Shown piece after piece: positions 24,293 to 33,896 of a DNA stretch of 33,896 nucleotides. Origin of the DNA: Octopus bimaculoides (taxonomy: Eukaryota); contig NC_068987.1 in the NCBI RefSeq assembly GCF_001194135.2, positions 57,566,020 through 57,599,915 on the forward strand, read 5' to 3'. The position numbers were made by a program, and so were the translations under genes. The notes beneath the pieces are model-generated. The model had not been told where the DNA came from and searched no databases. It saw only the letters and a program-made list of their open reading frames with translations. Within the stretch, counting starts at the first letter, position 1. The number at the start of each line of letters is the position of its first letter.

Positions 24293-24899
24293 TTCCAGCC
24301 TTTGAGGTAATATAAGTTTTTGCTGTCATTTTTGTACGTTTGTCGTTCAATTTGATAATCAGGTCATTCAAAGACGCAAAAAAAAAAAAAGAAAAAAAAT
24401 TAGCGCCATGAAATTAGTCGTTCAAATTCGCATTTATATCATTCAAATTAAAATTCCCGTCGAGGGCACTGAAATTAGTTGGAATGCGAGAAAGCGTCTT
24501 TTTAAGCATTCAAATTTGTTTCGGAACAATCTATTTAACACTTCGAGCAATCAAATTAGTACGATAGCTGTTTTGGCTTTATCTCATGATCATTGTTATC
24601 ATAATTATGTGTTTTCATCCATTGTTTATGCTTTAAGTACGCTATCGTGTTCATGTCTTTTCTATGTATTCTTTATTTTTGCATAGGTACATGCATTTAT
24701 TATTGAAGATTTCATGAAATCGCATTCCAGCCTTTTCAATCTTTTTAAAGAAACTCGCAATTACAACAAATGCTCATTTTCTTGGATTTTGAATACATTA
24801 TGTTGTGATATGTATTCTTCTTTTGCATGTTGGGAAAGTTTATTTCTTAGATTTTGCGTTTTTCTTTCATCGAGGAAAGGGTGTTATCTACACTAAAAT

Positions 24900-25270
24900 A
24901 ATTATTGATTTACAGTCTTGATAAGGAGAGTTCGTTTGAGAGGATTTAAGTGGTCGAGGCATCTCGGGAGATAGATCTGGGTGTGTCTATATCAACGAGC
25001 ACAATTTTCTGGTGTAATAGCGTCGACGTTACGCCTTGCGACCTGTTGTATGACATGTGCTCACCGTTCTTCCACGGTCATGCCAGCTTCTTCTGCAGCT
25101 GCCTAGTCGCTAACCTTTTGTTGAAAGCCAGCTCGAGGGAGATCCCACTTGACAGCCACATTAAAGGCATAATGCGCTATTTCGGTACAATTAAGAAACG
25201 GCGAGTAGGGAGGCAGGAGTTTCAAACTGATCCGTGGGTCGGCATCAGCTAGGAGCTCGGCATGAATGTG
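24900..25270 (-). pseudogene. DDE_3/IS630-Tc1-like transposase C-terminal remnant
   Basis: RPHIHAELL...LKLLPPYSPFLNCTE...AITPENCAR*YRHTQIYLPRCL, with several stops. Confidence 0.8.
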
Positions 25271-25805
25271 TGGTCGCATTTACTTTTATCGGGAGTGACA
25301 AGCGACACACTTGTTGATGTACTTGGTACACAATTCTTCTGGTTTACACTTTTCCTTGGGAAATTCTCTACAGACACTGGTGACAATTCTGGGGTATTCA
25401 AAGATTCCATGATAATCCAAGACGGCCAAACACCGTAAGAAAAAACTTCAAAATTTGTAGGCTTCAACGGCGCACAGCAAATATATTTTAACAGCAATAA
25501 TACTAATTCCCTCTCGCGCGCGGGAATCAAAAACAAATTGCTTTCAAAGAAGCAATAACAATCTCTTCAACAATAATAAATAACAAACAATTCAACAGTC
25601 AGCAAAAACGCTCACCTCCAAATAAACTGCCAAGTAAATACAGACCAAAGAACAATGTTGCGGGGGGAAAAACTTTCGTGAACAGAAGAATCACGGAAAT
25701 TATTCCTTCCTTGAAGCTATAACAACATAATAAAATTTGCATGACAAAACATGTCATTTAACTTTGTCATTTTTAACATACACTTCTTAGAATGTGAGTA
25801 AAAAC

Positions 25806-26587
25806 GGATCTTTCTGAATTGACGGGCACCACTTTTTATCTATGTTATATTTAGTGTGCTTTCTATCGAAACACTTTCAAACTTCGTATACTTGTATATT
25901 TTGTGTTATAAAACAGATAACAATTTTTGTATTCGAAGTTATTTCATGTAAAACATTGTCGTATTTCGGTAATTTCAACCAATCACTCACGTCTGTTGAG
26001 GTGAAAACAATTACTGCTATGGAATGTAAACAAAACTTTGTGCGGTGTAATAGGATCTTTTCCCTTGAATAAAATTAATGCCGTTGTTTGTCAACACCAA
26101 TATCGGCAGTACTGTTATTTATAACATTATACGTGCGGTTGTACTGGTTTTAGCTTTAGGGATTTAGGGTTAGGGTTCGGGTTTTTGATTTAGTGTTAGG
26201 GTTAGGGTTAGGGTTATGATTATTTTTGCCATAACCTAACTCATAACCCTAACCCTAACCCTAACTCTAAAACACGAACCCTAACCCTAAATCCCTAAAC
26301 CCTTATTAGGGAATAACAATATAATTACTAGGGAATAACGATCTTGACACCGGCAAAAATTATTATTTACAAAAACAGCAGTAACTGTATTCAGCTAAAT
26401 AGACTTCAGTGATTGGTTGAAATTACAGAAATACGACAACTTTAACATGAAATAACTTGCAATATAGAAAGTTTTGTTAAGAAGGCTAAGAGAAAAATAT
26501 GTTTTATACGACACATTCTACCAGTATCCCAAGTTTGAAAGTGTTTCGTTTAGAAAACAAGTGGCGCCCGTCAATTCAGAAAGATCC
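25806..26587. mobile_element. Nested 782-bp foldback MITE (GG...CC termini, 8-bp TSD; Merlin-like) with an inverted telomere-repeat core
   Basis: Termini ggatctttctgaattgacggg / cccgtcaattcagaaagatcc. Flanks gtaaaaac (25798-25805) and ggaaaaac (26588-26595). Arms align over more than 250 bp. Confidence 0.8.
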
Positions 26588-27343
26588 GGAAAAACACACA
26601 TGTAAAATTAGTGCTAGATTGAATAAACTTATTCAGAATGCGAATGCTCACGTGCGAATTTGACGCTTCCTCGCATTCCGACGGGCATTTTAATTTGAAT
26701 GATGCAAATGCCAAATTCTTTGACCGAAGAGCAAAATTGAATGATCGAAAAACGAATTTGACTGACTAACTTCATGGTGCTAATTTGTTTCGTGACTTTG
26801 AATGACCCCATTATCAAATTGAATGACAAACGTACGAAAATTACTGCAAAAACCTATATTCAAATCAAACTAAGATACAATACATTTTGCAATAAAACTT
26901 TATACAATATATATTTGGGTGTTATTTCGAGGTAATAATTTATTAATTGCTTTCATCCTATAATAACCAGCGAAGCATACTAAGACTTTATAAAAGGTAA
27001 ATGTAAAATTATCTGTATACACATTTTCATAACGTGTCCAGTGAAGAAGACCAGTTCTATTAACAATTTTGTCGTACATCATATGACGTTAGTGTAATTT
27101 GCTTATAATAATAATGTATACTGCTAAATATCAACAAATTTTACAGTGAATTTATCATGTAGCCACCGACAATAATTGACTGCGTATTCTCCGCATCAGA
27201 AACAGCTACGTAGCGTTTTTGACCAGGTTGTAGAAATACGATAAGTAGAAGTAAGATAACATTTTCCGTAAACTTACATATAGAGCCGCAAGTAAAGGTA
27301 GGTATACAGTTGCTTGGATCAAGCATTCGCTTGAAGTCCTCAG

Positions 27344-27376
<33 letters not shown>

Positions 27377-27704
27377 NNNNNNNNNNNNNNNNNNNNNNNN
27401 NNNNNNNNNNNNNNATATATAACCCCAAAGCACAGGACTTCTATCGAACTAGGAATCTTCCGCAGATCCCTTAGGTGATTTATGAACCGCTTAGATTTAA
27501 CGCTATTACAAAAGAAAACCAAAATGAATATTATGATATAGGTGTGTTCGTAATGGCTACCAGTATAAAACAAATACATATATCCCCCCCCCCACACACA
27601 CACATACACACACACACATACATATCCTCTTTTACGTCTGAGGCATTGAATTTTGGCTACAATGGCGCACTCTTAGCAGAATACGTCGTAGGATCGAACG
27701 AATC

Positions 27705-27805
27705 GATTCTAGTACGTATTTCTAAGTCTAGTATTTATTCCTTCGATCACTTTTGCCTAGCCGCTCTATTACGGGGACTTAAACAAACCAACGCCGGTTG
27801 TCAGG
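27705..27805 (-). mobile_element. Degenerate SINE 3' fragment
   Basis: ctagtatttattccttcgatcacttttgcc...ttacggggacttaaacaaaccaacgccggttgtca resembles the reverse complement of 1-205. Confidence 0.6.
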
Positions 27806-28716
27806 TGGCTAGGGAAGAAGCTCAATTACAAAGATTCACAATACCTACCTAACTACCTACCTATCTGCCTACCTACTTAGCGACTTGCCTACATATCTAC
27901 ATACATAGATACATATATACTGCTTTTAAAAATTTCTATAATTGATACTAATTTTCTTCCACTCTCGATGTTTTCTTGCTGTCCCTTTGTTTTTGGGCCC
28001 TTATATGCTCGCTCTCACACTAATTAATTTCCCTCGCTCAAACTGAGCCACCTCACCTCCACCAAAATTTATACCAAAATTTTCACTTCTATTCTGTTTT
28101 TTCGATTGATTGTTTCGTTAAGTCAGATGCTTTGCAATTTTATCCTTTTCTACTTCCATACAAGACCTTAGTCTCCTTTTTCCTTTCGCTCTACTACACG
28201 GTGAGTGTTGTTTTCCCCGTATCTCATCGAAAGAATACCACATGTTCTTCTGTATACAGATTTATTCATACATAGTAAGTGCTTATTTATATTTTCACCT
28301 CAATTATTAATTGGTTAACAGTTTCGGTCCGTAGTTTTGTGTTCCATGTTTAGTCCTTGTTTGTCCATCACCTCATTGGCGAAACTAGTAGTACAATGGA
28401 ATGTAAAGTCTTTAGAATTTAAACATGCTAAAACTATAATGAATCTGGTCTCCGTGGCCGATGAGAGGATCTCTTTATTTATCGTTTTTCACTAATTGCT
28501 TACACGTTCACTTTCGATCTTTCTTCACACACACACATATATTTATAAAACATCTAAGGGTATATTTTTGTTCCCCCTGAAGAGATTATGCTCAGAAATA
28601 TAAACTTAANNNNNNNNNNNNNNNNNCATTTACAGGGTATTATTCGGTCTCGAGGAAGGTCTCGCTGAAGGAACTGACACGAGATCACATGGTAAATTCT
28701 TCACCGCTAAAGCACA

Positions 28717-28754
<38 letters not shown>

Positions 28755-29079
28755 TTTCAACAGAGAAACGAACCAGTAATAAAGCCATTTTGAAAATTTC
28801 CCAGTAGCTTCATCGCTACTGAGTATATAAAGTAGGTCAAACGTGTAATTAAATAAAGAAAGAAAGAAAAAAGAAAGAAAGAAAAAAGAAAGGAAGAAAG
28901 GAGTGACACATCTGTGATGAATACAGAAATGCGGAATAAACAATGAATTAATCAATGCTATGATCATTAATATATAATGTCACCTGTTACTGGTTGAATA
29001 AATTGGAATGGCAGCCATATTTAAAGTCCTGATAGAAAGTACAAACAATCTAGAAGAGATGAGTTGTAAATTTTATTTG

Positions 29080-29126
<47 letters not shown>

Positions 29127-29929
29127 GAAAAGACACATACGGAAACTCACATGCATTTATATACATATTATATACGTCTAGTGAACCAAATTAGTGTAGT
29201 AAACAGTAAATGTCTATGTATATAAGTATGTATGCAAGTAATTAAGTACGTACGTATGTTTGTACCAATATATTAGTAAACCGTCAGTTCTAATCCTGAA
29301 CCGTCAACTTTAGCTTTTACTTACAAGTGTACTAGAAGAAAAAGTTAATACTCTTTAAAACGAGTAATTTATATATACATCTGGCACAAGCCAATACACT
29401 TGACAAAGGAATAGTCCACTTGATAAATGTTAAATAAATGAACATATTCAACTGCTATGTAGAGTCATACAACGTTCCACCTAACATGTTCACATCCATC
29501 AAAATCACAACAATACGTATATGTATACGTAAATGTATATGTAATTATGCATATATGTGTGTGTGTATGTGTGTGAGTGTTTTTATATAAATACATGCAT
29601 CCATGCGCGTAGATAGATACACGCATGAATTCATGGTTACGTATGAATATGTACATACACATACGTATGTATAGCTTACTATTATGTGATAAATTCTGCC
29701 CTCGATTTATGATGTAGTTACTGATTCTTGTCGACATTTATGAGAGATATAAATTAAATAGCAGACACAATTATTTAATATACAATGTCACAAGTGATTG
29801 AATGAATTGTTTGATATGACAGCATCATTTAGAATCCTATTAAGGTTTCGTTGACAAATTCATTTATGCACACGCACTCACACGCACACGGACACACGAA
29901 CACACAGGTGCGAGTCAGTGTGTGCTTGT

Positions 29930-30372
29930 GAGTATATATTTATATATATATATATATATATATATNNNNNNNNNNNNNNNNNNNNNNNNNNNNNNNNNNN
30001 NNNNNNNNNNNNNNNNNNNNNNNNNNNNNNNNNNNNNNNNNNNNNNNNNNNNNNNNNNNNNNNNNNNNNNNNNNNNNNNNNNNNNNNNNNNNNNNNNNNN
30101 NNNNNNNNNNNNNNNNNNNNNNNNNNNNNNNNNNNNNNNNNNNNNNNNNNNNNNNNNNNNNNNNNNNNNNNNNNNNNNNNNNNNNNNNNNNNNNNNNNNN
30201 NNNNNNNNNNNNNNNNNNNNNNNNNNNNNNNNNNNNNNNNNNNNNNNNNNNNNNNNNNNNNNNNNNNNNNNNNNNNNNNNNNNNNNNNNNNNNNNNNNNN
30301 NNNNNNNNNNNNNNNNNNNNNNNNNNNNNNNNNNNNNNNNNNNNNNNNNNNNNNNNNNNNNNNNNNNNNNNN

Positions 30373-30447
<75 letters not shown>

Positions 30448-30470
30448 TATGTGTGTGTGTGTGTGTACGT
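29930..30470. repeat. (TA)n, N gap, (TG)n block
   Basis: Directly visible. It is the source of many spurious ORFs. Confidence 0.95.
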
Positions 30471-30880
30471 ACGCACATACACACACATACATATGTATAT
30501 TTACATATATATATATATAAGTATATATACAAACATAAACATACATATATACAGCTACGCATGTGTGAATATGTACACTGACATATGTACACTCACTCAT
30601 ACACGCGCGCGCATATATAAAATGGACAAGTATGAAAAAAAATTGCTTGGAGAATTTCAAGATCAGAAAACAGAAAGACTATGCATATTTTTAACACACC
30701 AACTCTTTTCTTTTTCTTTTCTGTTTTCTTTGATAATGTTCTGTAAGCATTTCCCTCTTATTTTTTCAATATATATTTATTCGTTTGCAACCCTTAACCT
30801 TGATACATATATGCATACATACATACATACATAAATATATATATATATAATCAAAATAAGCAACAGGACATAAAGTAGTG

Positions 30881-30968
30881 ATGCAATACGACCGTTTCAA
30901 GTGGCTCTATTTAATTGGAAAATGCAATTATTACATCAATTTAAATGTAGTGCCATCTTCAGCTGCAC
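30881..30968 (-). ncRNA. Candidate type I hammerhead-ribozyme-like motif (Penelope pseudo-LTR type), non-canonical stem II junction
   Basis: Minus strand: GUGCAG-CUGAAGA-UGGC...GCCA-CUU-GAAAC-GGUC-GUA-UUGCAU. Stem I has 6 bp and stem III is ACG/CGU with a GUA cleavage triplet. Confidence 0.4.
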
Positions 30969-30989
30969 AAATAAATAGATAGAATTTTG

Positions 30990-31530
30990 ACAAATACCTT
31001 TCAAGTACCTTTCTTCTCAATCCAAACACACTATGCACTAAAACTATACCTTTCTCTCGTTTCCTTCGCTCTAGCCGTCTCTGCAGTATTGTTTGGGATT
31101 TCGCATCCCAATGACAAGCAATTCGATAATTCTTAACCTCTTCTGGATCCAGGCCATCGACTGCGTCATTTTTGTCTTATTCTCTTTACTCGCGCCTCCA
31201 GATCGTATTCAACTCTCTCTAACCTTTCATCCATCTGTCCTTTCATTGACAGATAAACTCACTCGCAACACCCGAATTTTAATTTCTGACAACCGTTCAA
31301 AGCCTCCCTGCATCACTTCTCCTCTCCTTCAAAAAAGGTAGGAAACTCGGAACCCCCTTAGTAAGAAGTCCTGTAGCACCCAACCCCACACAACCAGGTA
31401 CATTCAAATGCACTTACCAACGAGGCAATATTAACAACATTACTACTATCAACGGTTCATAGCATAGTATCACTATGCCCAAACTGACAGAAACTGTGGA
31501 TGAGAAGCAAAAAACTTACCACACTGCCAC
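30990..31530 (+). mobile_element. Penelope-like element fragment (RT C-terminus and linker), decayed
   Basis: TKTIPF.RFLRSSRLCS..DF; RIQLSLTFHPSVLSL...ILISDNRSKP; TQPGTFKC. Confidence 0.75.
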
Positions 31531-31827
31531 GTTTGCATAAACCACGACAAAGACAATATTGGTTTCAAATTTTGGTTCAAGTCCAGCAATTGGGGGAGTG
31601 GGGGGCATAAGTCGATGACATTGGCCTAAGAGTTTAGCTGGTGCATATTTTATCGTCCCCCGAAGGAATGGGAGGGTAAAATGGATCTCGGAGAAATTTG
31701 AACTCAGAATAAGCCGAAGTAAGGAGCAGAATTAAAAATAATATAATAATTAATTAAATTAGTGACGATTGAATAAAATAAGATAATGAAGTATACAAAT
31801 AATTTATAATAAATAATATCCTATATA

Positions 31828-31866
<39 letters not shown>

Positions 31867-32001
31867 GTCGAACGATGAAAATGATCCACCAATACATATA
31901 TATATTTCTTTAATCTTAATCTCACAGTCATTGCACAAAAGTTCATTTGTACTTGCGAAGAAAAACTTATCAAAGACAAGTGAACTAAATATATATGTTC
32001 C

Positions 32002-32040
<39 letters not shown>

Positions 32041-32416
32041 GCACACACACATACACTCAACTACATGCACTCACACACACAAATCTATACGATCTCTGTA
32101 TATGGCAACAGCGGATTATGTGGTGTGTTTTCAACTTAACTTTTCATTCCACATGTTATTTTAAGTCGTATATATGTACGTATGAATATATATCACGACA
32201 TATCATATATGTATATACATTTCTATATACGTTACATAAATGCATATATTTATCTACGTATTTATCTGTATATTTATGTACATATATTCATAACCATGTA
32301 TGTGTATGCCTATATGCATGCACACACTCACATGCGCACTCATACATATATATATCTGTGTGTGTGTGTGTGTGCATCTGTTTATGCTACGGTCTGTCTC
32401 GCTAGAAATATATACA

Positions 32417-32419
<3 letters not shown>

Positions 32420-32482
<63 letters not shown>

Positions 32483-32520
32483 CATACATACATACATACA
32501 TACATACATACGTACATATA
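32420..32520. repeat. (TA)n plus (TACA)n microsatellite
   Basis: Directly visible. Confidence 0.95.
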
Positions 32521-32913
32521 TAAATATATGTGTGTGTGTAGGTGTTAAGAAACAATAGTTACTAATCCATTTAAGTAGTTGATAAATGAAATAAAATAAG
32601 TTGAAAACACTGAGATTTTTACATATTAATACACTGTCAACATTCGAAAGATAATTCTAAGAAAGAATGAATCATTTATCAAAGTTGTATATACAACATT
32701 AAAATCTCTCTACAGGTACTTGACACATTTACCAGACCAAAATTAGGGCCTCCAAAGCTATTGTTCTAATTTTCACATGATATCTATTGGACGAAAGTTT
32801 TGATGTGAGCGTCACACGCATCTATCACATAACTTTAATACATGAACGTAGCGGAGAACTGACCAAAAATTCCCTATCCTCAACCAGGTGCCATCCTCAA
32901 TCAATCATTCTGT

Positions 32914-33820
32914 TCGAGGATGAGTGGAAATGTTTATAGGCTGACCATAAAGGAGTGACGATACAGCTGTGAGATCTTGCTTGCATTAATTTCAACCCAT
33001 TCTAATTAATACCTGCATTGTTTATTTCCAACTACATTGATATCTAACTGCTCAAAAAAGATTTCAAAAGTACATTGTGGTGAAATTTTTTGAAAATGGA
33101 CAAAATTTGGCATCGTGGTGTTATCAAGTACCTACAGAAGAAGGTTTGACCCCAAGGACCTTCATGCTGACATGGTTGCTACATTAGGGGATGACACTGA
33201 AGTTTTGTCAACAGTGCAAAAGTGTTCAGCTGAATTTAGTAGGAGAAGGGAGAGTGTTGAAAATGAACCAAGGTCATAGCTTCTGAATCGCCCACAACTA
33301 TGGAAAACATTGATCGTGTTAATCACATGATGATGGATGACAGGCGATTGACAATAAATCAAATAGCCAAGGCTGTTAGCTATTCCTCTAAGAGAGTTGC
33401 GAATACTCTGCACAATGAACTTGGCATAACGAAGATTTCAGGTCGGTGGGTGCCATGACTTCTGGGACCTTATCAAAAGCGCACAAGGCTGATCACATCA
33501 CGGGAAAATTTGACATTATTTCAGGCAGATACAGTTGGTTTCCTTGAACGTTTACTAAACCAGGATGAGTGTTGGGTTCACGACTTTGAGCCAGGGACTA
33601 AGATACAATCCATTCAGTGGAAATAACCCCCTACTCCAAAGAAAGCAAGGTCGTTTCATATGCAGGGAAGATGATGGCCTCAGTCTTTTGGGGTGTAAAA
33701 GGCATTGTTTAATGACTACCTTCAAAAGGGACACACCATTATTGAAAGGTACAATGCCAAATTGCTGAAGCAGTTACGAAAGTCTATCAGAACCAAATTC
33801 ATAGGAAAATAGAAATGGAC
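32914..33820 (+). mobile_element. mariner transposon, 5' two-thirds, pseudogenised
   Basis: Left TIR cgaggatgagtggaaatgtttataggctgacc; MDKIWHRGVIKYLQKK; ISGRWVP*LL; FLERLLNQDECWVHDFEP; GKMMASVFWG; DYLQKGHTI. Confidence 0.92.
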
Positions 33821-33824
33821 CTTG

Positions 33825-33896
<72 letters not shown>

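Larger units (their letters stand above)
24311..26858 (-). mobile_element. IS630-Tc1-mariner superfamily element with about 200-bp imperfect TIRs and a probable TA duplication
   Basis: tataagtttttgctgtcatttttgtacgtttgtcgttcaatttgataatc at 24311 mirrors gaatgacaaacgtacgaaaattactgcaaaaacctata ending at 26858. A transposase remnant lies inside. Confidence 0.75.

Noticed and set aside
26155-26299. A genuine ancestral telomere-telomere fusion site
   Set aside because: The tracts are short, symmetrical and enclosed by TIRs and a TSD, which points to a transposon.
28575-28610. CTGAAGA...CTCAGAAA hammerhead-like core
   Set aside because: GAAA context is imperfect, stems I and III are not demonstrable, and the sequence runs into an N gap.
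29878-30834. Long ORFs rich in YI/HT/CV repeats (also 9685-10083, 11198-12014, 31995-32548)
   Set aside because: They are translations of microsatellites and N gaps.
31418-31483. Hydrophobic 66-nt minus-strand exon candidate
   Set aside because: It is the antisense strand of the Penelope linker region (PGTFKC).

Overview
AT-rich eukaryotic genomic DNA with assembly gaps, dense microsatellites and layered transposable elements. The SINE families look like octopus/coleoid SINEs; this is my recognition, not a database result. No prokaryotic features, CRISPR arrays, rRNA or real tRNA genes were found. Almost all ORFs in the supplied track are microsatellite or transposon artefacts. The only host-gene signal I can support is two 72-nt, phase 2-2 leucine-rich-repeat exons on the minus strand (12821-12892 and 9303-9374) that splice in frame and are absent from the ORF track, so much of the window is probably intronic or flanking sequence of an LRR gene. 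Transposon content: R4/Dong-like and RTE LINE fragments, three Penelope-like fragments, a DD37D maT transposon, three mariner pieces, a Helitron with both ends intact, a TTAA piggyBac-type MITE, and an IS630-Tc1 element with long TIRs. That last element carries a nested 782-bp foldback element with a head-to-head telomere-repeat core. Also of note are a hammerhead-like motif beside a Penelope fragment and an inverted high-identity SINE pair.
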